Part shown: piece by piece, positions 24,058-37,105 of the stretch
Position numbering within the stretch: position 1 is the first letter of the stretch
How the letters are laid out: each line of letters starts with the position of its first letter
NCBI GenBank assembly: GCA_951406725.2
Contig: OX597815.1
Location: forward strand, 39,928,001-39,992,000
Length of the DNA stretch: 64,000 bases
Source: Octopus vulgaris
Taxonomy: Eukaryota
Direction of reading: 5' to 3'
Notes under the pieces: model-generated
The model's input: only the letters and a program-made list of their open reading frames with translations
What the model was told of the DNA's origin: nothing
Database searches by the model: none
Translations under genes and position numbers: made by a program

Positions 24058-24528
24058 CCAGTTAGAATTTTCTTCTGGTCGAGTAACCCATCCCGCTCAA
24101 ACGGTCCCTGAATAAGGATTGTTTAACGATGTTGAACGAACCACCAATGTTTCCAAAGGTGAATTATCCAAACCTCTAAGAATTCCTTTCAACACACGGC
24201 TATGATGCTCCCCAACTACTTCTGCTTGTGATCAGTGTTGCACATATCGTCAACCATTAAGGGACATAGTCAACTGGTTAAGGTCAAACAACTGACAAGC
24301 AAATCTGTGGTATTGAGCAGAGTATTTGCTTTAGCCCATCTTTTATACCAAGATAAAACAATGTACATGATAATACTTCCAATCATTTAAGATCAGCAGC
24401 CATGAGAGCCACTGCCTGGTACTACATCAGGGCATTAGAGCCACTGCTTGGTACTGCATCAGGGCATGAGAGCCACTGCCCAGTACTGCATCAGGGCATG
24501 AGAGCCACTGCCTGGTACTGCATCAGGG

Positions 24529-24530
<2 letters not shown>
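24058..24530. mobile_element. Diverged partial copy of a (TTA)n-flanked non-coding element; terminal 32-mer repeated 4 times
   Basis: Homologous to ~24873-25251; repeat units start at 24401, 24433, 24465, 24497. Confidence 0.85.
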
Positions 24531-24606
<76 letters not shown>

Positions 24607-24614
24607 TATTATTA

Positions 24615-24648
<34 letters not shown>

Positions 24649-24694
24649 CATTATTATTATTATTATCATTATTATTATTATTATTATTATTATT

Positions 24695-25248
24695 GAGTGA
24701 GAGAGCAGTGCATGCCATCAAAGTGACACTGGGGTAAAATATACGAAGCCCAATATACCCATCATGACTACCCGTCTGATAAGGGTACACCAGGCACATG
24801 CATCACAACCATATGTGCGCGACATGGTGATCTCATATCAAGATAAACAGCACATGACCTTGCAGGTGGGGCCCAGTTAGAATTTTCTTCAGGTTGAGTA
24901 GCCCATCCCGCTCAAAAGGTCCCTGAATAAGGGTTGTTTAAGGATGTTGAAAGAACCATCCATGTTTCCAGAGGTGAATTATTCAAACCCCAAAGAATCC
25001 CTCTCAACACATGGCTATGATGCTCCCCCACTACTTCTGCTCGCGATCAGAGATGCACATATCGTCAGCCACTAAGGGACATGCTCAACTGGATAAGCTC
25101 AAACAACTGACAAGCAAATCTGTGGTATTGAGCAGAATATTTGCTGTAGCCCATCTTTTATACCAAGACAAAACAATGTACATGATAACACTTCCAATCA
25201 GTTAAGATCAGAAGCCATGAGAGCCACTGCCTGGTACTGCATCAGGGC

Positions 25249-25251
<3 letters not shown>
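24695..25251. mobile_element. 557-bp non-coding element embedded in (TTA)n
   Basis: (TTA)n on both sides; other copies at 24058 and 56690. Confidence 0.85.
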
Positions 25252-25308
<57 letters not shown>

Positions 25309-25374
25309 CATTATTATTAAATAGTATGCACATACGTGTTACATTTGAAATCAATATCCTTGATAACTGGTTTC

Positions 25375-25650
25375 CTTCCTAACCGCTAAGTTACGGAGAC
25401 GTAAACAAACCAACACCGGTTGACAAGTGGTTGTGGGAGACGAACATACACAATGACAATACACACACACACACACGTGTATATGCATATATATGTACGA
25501 TGGACTTCCTTCAATTTCCATCGACCAAATCCACTCACAAGGCTTTAGTGGTCCCGAGGCTATAGAATAAGACATTTGGCCAAGGTGCTACGCAATGTGG
25601 GACTGAACCTAGAGCCATGTGCTCGGGAAGCAATCATCTGACCCACACCC
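25375..25650 (-). mobile_element. SINE family B
   Basis: Reverse complement of family B (AACCGCTAAGTTACGG, CCAAATCCACTCACAAGGC, GGGACTGAACC). Confidence 0.85.
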
Positions 25651-26001
25651 ATCTCTGTTTTATACACAAAGGAACGCATACAAGAAAACAATGCACATAC
25701 ATAGAAAAATTATGATGGTCTGTTTTTAGACCAGGGTCAACTCTGATTCAGCAGATTATGATCAGAAGTATTCCAGTTATAACCATCCTGTTTTTTTTTT
25801 TTAAAGAGGGTACTCATCCATAAATTATCCAATGCTTTCTTCGTTGTTTCAGACGGTAGGGTTTGAGTTTAAGGATATTTAGCTGTTATTTGTAGCAGAT
25901 CGAGTGATAACGGAGACACAGGTGCCCTAGTTGGCTCGTAAGACTACGTTTAAGACAGGTGAAGCTAAATGGCGAAATGGCAGATACATGTAACACTGTG
26001 A

Positions 26002-26046
26002 AGCAGCAGCAGCAATAGCAGCAGCAGTAGTAGTTGTAGTAGTAGT

Positions 26047-26140
<94 letters not shown>
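26002..26140. repeat. (CAG)n/(TAG)n trinucleotide tract
   Basis: Directly visible. Confidence 0.95.
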
Positions 26141-26152
26141 ATTTGTATACAC

Positions 26153-26570
26153 CAGGCCTGGCCAACTCGAATTACATTGCGGGCCACTTTAATCACAGAA
26201 ATTTTGTTGAGGGCCACTTATATATTTTAAAGTGTATACGTAAACGTGCGTACATATAAAAGATAGCAAAAAAGATGTTCAATTAACACTTGCAAACTGC
26301 ATACGCGTGATGCGAAAATAGAACACTACTGACAAAATTGAAAACATTTTGCTTTCTCATGCTATTATTACAATAATGAATGAATGATCGTTGATTCAAC
26401 ATGAAATATTATCCTTGCAAAAAAACATTTTCTTTTCATTACAATCTTTAATTCTTGATAAAATTTTTAAAATGTTTAAGTAAACCCATTTCAAGAAAGT
26501 ATCAAGCGGGCCGCAAGATAAAAGTCTGCGGGCTGCATGCTGCCCGTAGGCCTCATGTTGGCCAGTCCTG
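26153..26570. mobile_element. hAT-type MITE
   Basis: TIRs CAGGCCTGGCCAAC / GTTGGCCAGTCCTG; subterminal GCGGGCC motifs; degenerate 8-bp flanks GTATACAC/GTAAGCGC. Confidence 0.75.
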
Positions 26571-26870
26571 GTAAGCGCCTTGACGGCATAACTCTCCTCC
26601 CTTTCGAGGGAGGCAGGTCCTTAGTCTGGGATGCGACCTGCATCGACACGTTCTCCGACTCCAACCTTGCTGCATCGGCGCAAACCTGGGTGTTACCTCC
26701 CGTAACACGGACGAGCTGCTACTTTGTGTCGGTCGACGCCGAGAAGTCAGGTGTTATCGGACCCCATACTAGCGATTTCCTTCGCAAAATCAGGATAACG
26801 GAAGCCCGTCTGAGAAATAAGTCCTACGAGGTGGAGTGGCTGCTGCAGCGAGTGTCGTTGGTAATTTTGG
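26570..26870 (+). mobile_element. Restriction-like endonuclease fragment of a CRE-like non-LTR retrotransposon
   Basis: GKRLDGITLLPFEGGRSLVWDATCIDT...EKSGVIGP...LLQRVSLVI matches the KRPDG..PW..GR.LVWD.TC.DT pattern. Confidence 0.75.
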
Positions 26871-27123
26871 GGTGGATTTCGACTAAACTTTTCAAGGTGG
26901 TGCTGCAGCTTGGCTGACTGAATCACTCACATTCTTGTATTTACATAAAACATTCAGAAAGTAGTACCACTGAGTTCTAAGCTTATATCACATAGAATAC
27001 TCCCGATACAAATTAAAATAGAAACACGGAAACGAAAGAAAACACTGCACATATTGAGGGCATATCGAGCTATGCCAAGATATGCAATGAAAGCACACAA
27101 TAAATATAAGGCTACAGAATTAG

Positions 27124-27478
27124 AAATTCCGCCGATGTCGACTTTCCCTTTCGTCCTTTCGGGGTCGGTCGATAAAATATGTACCAGTTGAGCCGTGGGG
27201 GTCGATGTAAGCGACTTAAACCTAACTCCGAACTTGCTGGCATTGACCTAAAATTTGAAACCAATATTTCCATAAGGTCTGGAATTTGGTAAAAGTGGAG
27301 AACAGTCCATGTCGAATATAACGATCCCAGTACTTAACTGATACTTTATTTTATCGAACCTGGAATTATGAAAGGCAAAAATGACTTTGGTGGAAATTGA
27401 ACTCTGAATATAAAGTCAGAACAGATTCTACAACGCATTTCGTCTGATTCACTAACGATTCCGCCAATCCACCGTCCA
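27124..27478. mobile_element. Two tail-to-tail SINE family A fragments (+ 27124-27265; - 27280-27478)
   Basis: AAATTCCGCCGATGTCGACTTT..CCTTTCGGGGTCG on +; ATGAAAGGCAAA..GAACTCTGAA..TAACGATTCCGCCAA on -. Confidence 0.7.
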
Positions 27479-27803
27479 GCACATCCCAAGTGATTGTAAA
27501 TGCCATTTGATAGGTAATTTATGGGTTATAAATTAACGCAGAGAACATTAAAATGTTAAGTGGGAATAATTATGTGGCAACTAAAATAATTATACTGTGA
27601 AAGTCTTAGCTTTTCTGTAATTGCCGAAATAGTGATAGGAAGTGGGGAAAAACAATATTAATCAATTATTGTTAATATTGTAATTATTTCTGCAATACGA
27701 GAGACAGCAACAATAACTTTATTGTTTTGCATGAAGAAGTTGCCTCTGAATTATTTGAGCTTATTCGCTCATGATGAAAGGTTTCCAATATTTTATGCAA
27801 ACC

Positions 27804-28107
27804 TTTAAGTTCACCAGAGAAGAAATATCTGCAGGAAAAAAACATAACAAATAATCATATCACATTAACGTTTATCCCTAATCATTATAGCATATAATCC
27901 AATCATTAACAACGTATTATAATTTTGATGTGTGACATGCCGTTTGAAGAAAATTAATTGATATTTTTTCCATCTTTTATTTGATATTTCTTGATAAAAA
28001 GAGACTAGTTAAACATAAAAATACATCACACATATATTTAACAGTCAACACACCGATGCTCACACGTTTAAATTTAACCGAACAAAGCCAGAAAAAGACA
28101 AGCCAAA
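27804..28107. repeat. 304-bp direct duplication, copy 1 (copy 2 at 30408-30711)
   Basis: TTTAAGTTCACCAGAGAAGAAA...GAAAAAGACAAGCCAAA present twice, roughly 90% identical by eye. Confidence 0.9.
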
Positions 28108-28269
28108 AGGTAAGCTTTTTCATTATGATATTTTGTTAAAATACGCATTAATTTGACCAATATTGTAATAAAAAATCAAATTGGAGAGCCTTTCAAGAAC
28201 TCTTACCCCGCTCCAGGCCGAATAGATTAGCCGTTTTTGAAGACCAAGGTATGTACACTCTCTCACTTT

Positions 28270-28702
28270 TTTCTGTACCTAGAATGGCACGTGACAGGAG
28301 TGGCTGTTTGGTATGTAGCTTGTTTACCAGCCACATGGTTCCGGGTTCAGTCCCACTGCATGGCACCTTGGGAAAGTGTCTTCTACTATAGCCTCGGGCC
28401 GACCAAAGCCTTGTGAGTGGATTTGGTAGACGGAAACTGAAAGAAGCCCGTCGTATATATGTATATATGTGTATATGTGGGTGTGTGTGCTTCTGTATCT
28501 GTGTTTGTCCCCCTAGCATTGCTTGACAACCGATGCTGGTGTGTTTATGTCCCCGTAACTTAGCGGTTCGGCAAAAGAGACCGATTGAATAAGTACTGGG
28601 CTTACAAAGAATAAGTCCCGGAGTCGAGTTGCTCGAATTAAAGGCGGTGCGCCAGCATGGCCGCAGTCAAATGACTGAAACAAGTAAAAGAGAGTAAAGA
28701 GT
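28270..28702 (+). mobile_element. Full-length SINE family B (tRNA head, CORE-like segment, internal (TA/TG)n)
   Basis: CAGGAGTGGCTG..GGTTCAGTCCC..GGCACCTTGGGAAAGTG..GGAAACTGAAAGAAGCCCGTCG..CCAGCATGGCCGCAGTC..AAACAAGTAAAAG. Confidence 0.9.
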
Positions 28703-28707
28703 AAAGC

Positions 28708-28742
<35 letters not shown>

Positions 28743-29663
28743 TACAACCTAGGATCGGTCGAGAAGCAAAGTCACTTGCTTAAGCTCGGGTCATTGGATT
28801 AGGAAGTGGTGGCCATCAGTGCAACCAGAATGTTCTGCAAGGAGTTACTCGAGATTTTCAATACCTACAAGAGGAACAAATCTTTTGATCAGCTCAGATT
28901 GAATAGAACGGCAGGGTAGTTTTGGAAAGTTCTGTATTTCAAAATAATAGCTGTCTTCCTCAACCCAGAATGGTAAGTCGGCGGTCATGAAGGGGGTGCC
29001 TTGAGACTAGTGGACGTTTATAGCCCCTTTGGATCAGAGTTGACAATCTACAAGTATTGTGAAGTAATCTTGAGAACATTCGATTTGTTAGCATATGAGA
29101 ACTACTGGTATAGCATCGTAGACGTACGATGTGTGGAAGTAGCCGAGAAGAGGGTTTGTGTAAAAGCTTCATAAACCGCCTTAGACAGTTTCAGCTGTCG
29201 GACAAATATCGATTGAACGTTCTATGGCAATGTGCATCAGGTCACCAAATTCATATCTAGATGTTAGGTTGATTAGGTCAGCGGGTAGTGGTAGAATGGG
29301 TTTGAGGCCTACAGTTTCGGTTGATCAGCTACACAAGCCACAAGTTTGTGATCTACCAGGTCAATCTAGGTAGGGCACATTGACATGGATATGTTTCTGG
29401 CATGGATAAGCTACGGAGAACAAATTAATGAGCTAGTTGAACAGATGTTGATAGGAGTGATTGTCAAAATTGATGATGGATTATTAGAGTAAAATAAAAA
29501 GATAAACCAAAGAAGTGGCAAGAGAAAACAATGGATTAGAAGAGTTAACCAATGAATTAGAAGAACTGACATGCTAATGGCAAAAATGGCGCTTGACAAT
29601 CTCTTCGATGTGCAGCACGTAAGTTACGTTGACAGAGCTAAGGTGCGTGTTCTTAGACACGAG

Positions 29664-30407
29664 GAATGGAAATATTATATATATTTTCCGACCACATGTT
29701 GCTAGGTGGTTACTCAAAGGTATCTCACCTAGCAACATGTGGTCGGAAAATATATATAATATTTCCATTCTACAAATTACACAGACCAAGTGAAATCGAG
29801 AGGAAAATCAGAGAAAAGAATTTTATTGATAAATTCGAACCCAAGATAAATAAGCAATAATAATAATACTTAGAGGTACTACTTCTACTGCTACGACCAT
29901 GACCACTAACAACAACATCAGTACTAAAGGTGATCAAGATGAAGATAGCAGGAAAATTATCTTATTTAGGGTTAAAAGTTCTATTGCCACCACCATCACC
30001 ACTAGCAACAATAATTAAGGTGCTGACAATGATGATGATGACAATTGAAATATAAAAATCCCCGACAAAGGCTATTTACAACATTTCTAAAAATACCCCA
30101 ACAATTGATGCCTCGGCCAGGGTTAAGATACAGGACTCTTGACATGTTCAACAAAGCGTGACGCATAAACCAACCAATCAGCTTAAGTAATTGAGTGATG
30201 CTACACACTGATTGGTCAGAATACAGTTTGCAAAACCTAGCAATCTGGAGCCCACACAGGTGTATTTACGGCACAGATTTAACCATCTCGCTACAGTCAA
30301 AAATTGTGAAGCATGACTATCACCACTACAACATGAACCTGAAGATTGCATAATTTAATGCATGAAAGTACTAGTTCAATCAGAATGAACATTTAACATT
30401 CTACTAT
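29664..30407 (+). mobile_element. PLE 3' fragment with 5' fold-back, endonuclease C-terminus, UTR and HHR
   Basis: SHLATCGRKIYIIFPFYKL..RKIREKNFIDKFEPKIN* resembles a PLE GIY-YIG end; 45-bp perfect inversion at the start; HHR at 30334. Confidence 0.75.
30334..30378 (+). ncRNA. Minimal type I HHR with U10.1-U11.1
   Basis: TGAAC-CTGAAGA-T-TGCAT(aattta)ATGCA-T-GAAA-GTAC-T-A-GTTCA; perfect stems. Confidence 0.85.
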
Positions 30408-30711
30408 TTTAAGTTCACCAGAGAAGAAAAATCTGCAGGAAAAAACATAACAATCATATCACATTAACGTTTATTCTTAATCATTATAGCATATAATCTG
30501 ATCATTAACAACGTATCATAATTTTGCTGTCTGACATGCTGTTTGAAGAAAATCAATTGATTTTTCTTTCCAGCCTTTATTTGATATTTCTTGATAAAAA
30601 AAGACTCGTTAAACATAAAAATACATCACACTCATATACATGGAACAGTCAACAAACCGGTGCTCACACATCGAAATTTAACCGAACAAAGCCAGAAAAA
30701 GACAAGCCAAA
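30408..30711. repeat. 304-bp direct duplication, copy 2
   Basis: See 27804-28107. Confidence 0.9.
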
Positions 30712-31259
30712 TTGGTGCAAATCATGAGTTAAAACAGCATTAAATTATAAACGCATTCTGTATATTATTCTTAATGTATATACTCCAGTTACAGGAATGA
30801 TGGTGTGGTGTTTATTATTCAATGTTGTTTTAATTGCCGACACCGAATTTATATTAACTCAGCAAGCTTTACGCAATATCAACTTTAGACATGTACCTGC
30901 ATTGTTACAAACATTGTATGGAAATATACATACAAGAAGTATGGAGACATTTAGTGCTAGTATTATATACTAAAGTCGAAAACCATGAAAATTCCAATTA
31001 ACGAGAGATATAATTACTTGCTAAACGATCCAAAGTAGGAACTTCTATATAGTCTTGTGACCTATTAGAAAAGTAGACGACTATTTCTTAAGCCACGACG
31101 TGATGATCATAAACAGAATATACCATACATGCCTATCCAGGTGGGGGACACCATTCAAAAACTACAACAGTGCGAAGAAGCGCAATCTGACCAGCGGTGT
31201 ATAACATCCTATAGTCTGCTCGATACAGTGATACATTGGTATGCATATAAGCATACATA

Positions 31260-31338
<79 letters not shown>

Positions 31339-32458
31339 GACAGAGAGAGACAGAGAGAGATATGTATGTATGTATTCATACATACACAGACAAACACACA
31401 CATGTATATATATATATATATAACCATTTTTCAAACCAAGCACGCATTCACACGCACACACGCATATATATATATGATGAGCGTGTGTGTGTGAGGGGCG
31501 TGTATGTATGTAACTGTATAGAGTCAAGAGATGAGATACAGAAATGCTCAATATAGAAAACATTTTGTAGCGCTCAAATGATTTCAACTTACACAGGTCC
31601 ACGAGGTAAAGAGCAGCTACAAGAGGAATTCAGGTGAGTAAATATGGAGATAATGATGCAAATAAACAAATAAATCCACTTAGGCTATATATACAAAATG
31701 TTTATTCATATATACATGTAAATAGAGAGAAAATAAAGACTGAAAATATTCAGACGATGTATAAATATAGATATTGATATATTAACAGAGCAAACTTACA
31801 CAGAGTACAATGACACAAAAAATTAAACAGAGACGATATGGTATCGCAGATCCGACAGCTGTTTCTGGGCGTTCAGAATTATATCATAATGTTGGTGGAT
31901 GTAGTTTGTAAGAAGTATGTATGTATGTGTATTGCAGATGCATCATATAAGCAATATCTAGAACTCTATGCATAACTTTATAGTTCGGAAAATCCGCTCG
32001 AGTAAAAAATGAAATATCTTGTTTTCCATCGATATCTAATACACAGAATATGTATAGAAAAAAAAACTCAAGTGTGGAGATATGTTTTTATGTTTATTTA
32101 CTACACACTTACACGCGATTCGTTGATGAATATATCTGTTAAGCAAGGGTATACTTTACGTTACATTATCAAATCATTACGAAAAATTATTCTTGCAAGA
32201 ATTTATCGCAGCCCGGTAGTTATATTGTTTCACAGAATCCAAATTCTGCCGTGAATAACATAAAAAATGTTTTTAAATACGCAAACCATTTAAAAACACT
32301 ATACGGACTGCTAGTCAGTACCCAGACAGATTTACGATATCCGATTGTAAGGTTAATTAAAAAGAAATATATTACAATACCATCCAAAGTTTCCTTTTAT
32401 TTTGTCATCAATAAAGTTAAGTAAATAATTTTCCGTCGCATCATCGCTACATACATAA

Positions 32459-32562
<104 letters not shown>

Positions 32563-33022
32563 TGGATGGCCGTTGACTCTCAAGAGTTCCCCCGCCCTTT
32601 GACGGGTTTGTTTTTTCATCCCGCAGGGTGTCCAATAAACACCCTCCTCACCAAGTAAGCTTGGTTTAGTCGCCGACGACCCGACCATGCAACAGGTTGT
32701 ACTGGGTTACATGTTACTAGTAGCACTCGAAAGTGACCTGACATAAATATATATATATACATATATACATATATGTATACATATAGGTGTGTTTGTGTGT
32801 GGGTGTTCAAGCATGTGTTTCACACGAGTGTGAGTGAGCATACGCATATAGGTACATGTACGTGGATGTGCGTGCGCGCATATATATGTATGTACATGCG
32901 CGCATACGCGAATTCTGTTTTTTTTCTCCACTTCAGGTTTTTTCCCTTTATTTAACGCTCATTCTAATAGCTCTTTTGTTTGTCCTAATAACGGTCATTT
33001 ACATAGCATTTTTATTTGTCTT

Positions 33023-33083
33023 GATAACTGACGAGATGCCGGAGCAGATTTCCGCCCCGACATCCGAAACTCGGAGTTTTATT
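33023..33083 (+). ncRNA. Type I HHR
   Basis: GATAA-CTGACGA-GATGCCGGAGCAGA(tt)TCCGCCCCGACATC-C-GAAA-CTCGGAG-T-T-TTATT. Confidence 0.7.
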
Positions 33084-33154
33084 ATGCAACCGAATAGCTG
33101 TCACATATATTACAGATATATATATATGTGTGTGTGTGCGTGTGTGTGTGTGTG

Positions 33155-33299
<145 letters not shown>

Positions 33300-34595
33300 C
33301 ACATATGCAAACACGTATACAAGCATGTACATGTGGGCAGGAATGCGTGTATTCGCTTGTGTTTATGCATTTATGTGTGTGTATTAGATGTTTTGTGTGT
33401 TTTCGTGTACGAGTGCTATACCAGTACGTGTTCACAGGTACACTCACGTACAGGTACATATAAACGTGCAAGCAAAAATACATACAGACAGGCACATACG
33501 CACATACACCATACATACGTGCAAACATACGCTGCACACATACATAGACATATGACTGCATATGTTCGTGTGTGTCTGTGCCTGTATACATTTTCTCCTG
33601 CACATGTGTAAAATATGCACTCGCATTTGCAAATACCTTCAAATGTATCCACGCATTCACATATATACACAGTTAGGCTTGTATTGTATTCTGTTATGAT
33701 AGGGGCATCGCAGTTGCGTAAGCGTACGAGTTCGTGTGTCTCTGTGAATGTTCTTTCAAGTGTTAATGCGTGTACAACTTATATTAGTGATAGTATTTTT
33801 TCTGTACATACGTACCAAATTTAGATAATTTGTGTTGGTTCGTGATATATTTGACAAGCGTTCATTGAATCTGTTGGTCTAAACTAATCTACTCCTATGA
33901 TTTTAGGCAATCTTCTTATTTATTTATTTAGCTATTTATTTATGTATTCATTTATTTATTTTGTTGTGGCCAGATCAATTGAAAATGTGGGTTGAAGTGT
34001 ATGAGCTCATTCTTTTGTGTATGTTGATTATTCGTCTTTGCGTATTGTTTATTTCTGTGCGTATAGCATACGCACGTACGATCTCTGAGTACTTGCGTGC
34101 ATTGGTTCGTTGCATTATTAGCCAATGCCTGCCGTGGTTTACGTTCCTAAACTAACATATATGTTCGTTCTGCATTTTTTGTTTTTTGTTCTTTATCGAT
34201 AGGCGGTGAATGTGTATGAGTTGCCACCCAAATTTAACGTCTGCCTTTTTAAGAGTGCATGTCGTATATAGTAAGGATTGTAAACAATTTATGTATGTAG
34301 ACTGCCTCAGGAGTGTAACGTAGAAAGTAGAAATTTACGACAATGCACAAATTACAAGGCTGGCGGCCATTGCACTACGATAGTACTTTGCTAAGAATAT
34401 TCCACCGTAGCTTGTATCGTATGTGGTTATCACGGATACACCAAATGTTACGAGACACTGAATATGCTTTTATTTTGTCTGAATTCTTGAATGCATACGT
34501 GTGATAGAAAACCTTAATTTTGAATTCTTTAAACATTAGTCCGATGTGTACTCTGAAAAATTTGCTACATATATATAGGAACACATATGTGTGTA

Positions 34596-34639
<44 letters not shown>

Positions 34640-34678
34640 TTTGTGTGTGTTGTATCTATATCCTTATAGATGTGGGCA

Positions 34679-34748
<70 letters not shown>

Positions 34749-34750
<2 letters not shown>

Positions 34751-34904
34751 CGCAGGAGTGGCTGTGTAAGTAACTTGCTTATCAACCACAATGTTCTGGG
34801 TTCAGTCCCACTGCATGGCACCTTGAGCAAGTGTCTTCTACTATAGCATCGGGCCGACCAAAGCTTTGTGAGTGAATTTGGTAGACGGAAACTGAAAGAA
34901 ACCG

Positions 34905-34962
<58 letters not shown>

Positions 34963-35050
34963 TCCCCCCAGCATCGCTTGACAATCGACACTGGTGTGTT
35001 TACGTCCCCGTAACTTAGCGGTTCGGCGAAAGAGACGGATAGAATAAGTA
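34749..35050 (+). mobile_element. SINE family B, 3'-truncated
   Basis: GGCGCAGGAGTGGCTGTG..CCTTGAGCAAGTGTCTTCTAC..TAACTTAGCGGTTCGGC. Confidence 0.9.
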
Positions 35051-35891
35051 TTTCTACGTCTATTGCAGTTTAAAGCTCTAGACTGTTGTCTGTATAAATC
35101 TTACAGGACATCATTATAGTATTGCAAGAAGACAGTAAATATTTCTCCATTAGGAGAAAGATGTGAGAGCCAGAGGGAAATGTTCTTCTCTAGGTTTCTA
35201 GTGATATTCTTATATCACTCGGTGCGGATGGTTGTAGTGTATAGAATCATTAAGTGGGAGGAATGTGAGAATATAAAGAGATTTTTAGGTTTAGGGTAAC
35301 ATCATGTCAAATTAATTTTATACGGTAATTTGTAAAGATATTTTTTTTATTTTTAAACCGAACCAGTTTTTCTGGACCTGTCCATTGCTTGTGGCGAAAT
35401 ATTGGGAAGTATTAATAAGCCATCATTTTGATATAATCCCCAACTCATACACATGAAATAAATTCTAAGGTTTGCAGAAGGTGTAATCCGCTTCGTTATT
35501 TGCCTCCGAGCTGACACTGAAAAGATGTTTCAAATATTTGTTTTTTCTAATTCTTGCTTATCCAGTTTCCTGATATCCCAACATTTGACTCTAACAGCGA
35601 TAGCAAATTGTTGTTTTGCGGAATTTGATGTTTAGTTACCAAGGGGTAGGTGTTTTCTCAAGTAAATAAGGCAACTTAGTTACTGGATGGTAATGTTATA
35701 TCACTACCCAATTACAGACTTCGGCAACCCAGAGAAATCAACAAGCACCAGTAGGTTTTGGGGTAAACAGGAATGCTTTTCGAAGACATTTCAATATATC
35801 ACTATCGTGGCCTTTAAAAAGTTCATGCGTTATATACGTTTCCTTTTTAAACAGTAACGCATCACTCGGAGTTGCAATCTACATGAAACAG

Positions 35892-35967
<76 letters not shown>

Positions 35968-36766
35968 CTGTCTGTGTATGCGGTTTTAAAATTGATTTGT
36001 GAGATTTCCAAACATTTAATTACTGAATTCAAATACAAATGTCAACGTCGTAGTACTGTAATTGTTCCTAAAATAACGTTTTATTTTCGTTTTTTTTTTA
36101 TCTATTTAGTTTTACATAGAACTTTTTAAAACAATACAACAGAACGTAAAAAAAAACAACAGGTAGACAAAAAATTATTAACAACTATCTATCAAGGAGG
36201 GGCATGAAAGTGTTCGATCTGAAATTAGGTTTAGAGATTCCGCCAGTTCGTCGCTCCAGCTTGTCGTTTTCCACAATACCTGTTTAGATGAAACAGAAGA
36301 CGCTAACATAGTTCATGGCTTTGTAATGAAAGCTGACACTCACTACAGGCCGACAGCAATTTCTCGTTTTTTAATCATTTTACACTGAGACGGTAATAAC
36401 GGTTAAATAGCTTAATATTTGGAAATTCTAACTCACTGTCAACCTGGATAGATGTAATATGGTTTTGCTGTTTGTTTCAGATATCTTCTTCGGGCATTAT
36501 AAAAGATCCGTATTTGTGAAGGTGCTAAAATTTTATAGTACATAAAAAATATAGCATATGACTAACATCCGCTTAAGATAAGCATAGCATAGAAATTCAA
36601 ATACTGTAACAGGCAATTTTGAAACAATACTTTCCGATTTTTTTTCTCGCAATAATTCTTTTCACATGATATAACGGAACAGAAAATACTTGAATATACG
36701 AGATTGTAAGAATTACTACAAACAGTAAATATAATTTATTATATAATATAATATAATATAATATAA

Positions 36767-36875
<109 letters not shown>

Positions 36876-36998
36876 CTTTCAAAGTTTATGATGTCAATAG
36901 TTTATATATACTATACTATAAGATATATATATATATATATATACTATATATATACTATATATATACTATACTATACTATACTATACTATATTATACTA

Positions 36999-37038
<40 letters not shown>

Positions 37039-37105
37039 TATATTATACTATACTATATATATATACTATACTATATTATACTATACTATATATATATATA
37101 TATAT

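Noticed and set aside
24401-24528. 32-bp repeats superficially CRISPR-like
   Set aside because: Contiguous with no spacers, eukaryotic context, no cas genes
28745-29410. Possible LINE endonuclease remnant; likewise 23700-24040 and 63800-64000
   Set aside because: Too decayed to assign by eye
31596-31640. Possible micro-exon (cag|...CAG|GTGAGT), and another at ~36481-36521
   Set aside because: Isolated splice-like signals with no recognisable protein or partner exons; needs RNA-seq
31855-31870. GAAACAGCTGTC half-hammerhead on the minus strand, as at 6731
   Set aside because: No CUGANGA box found at a plausible distance
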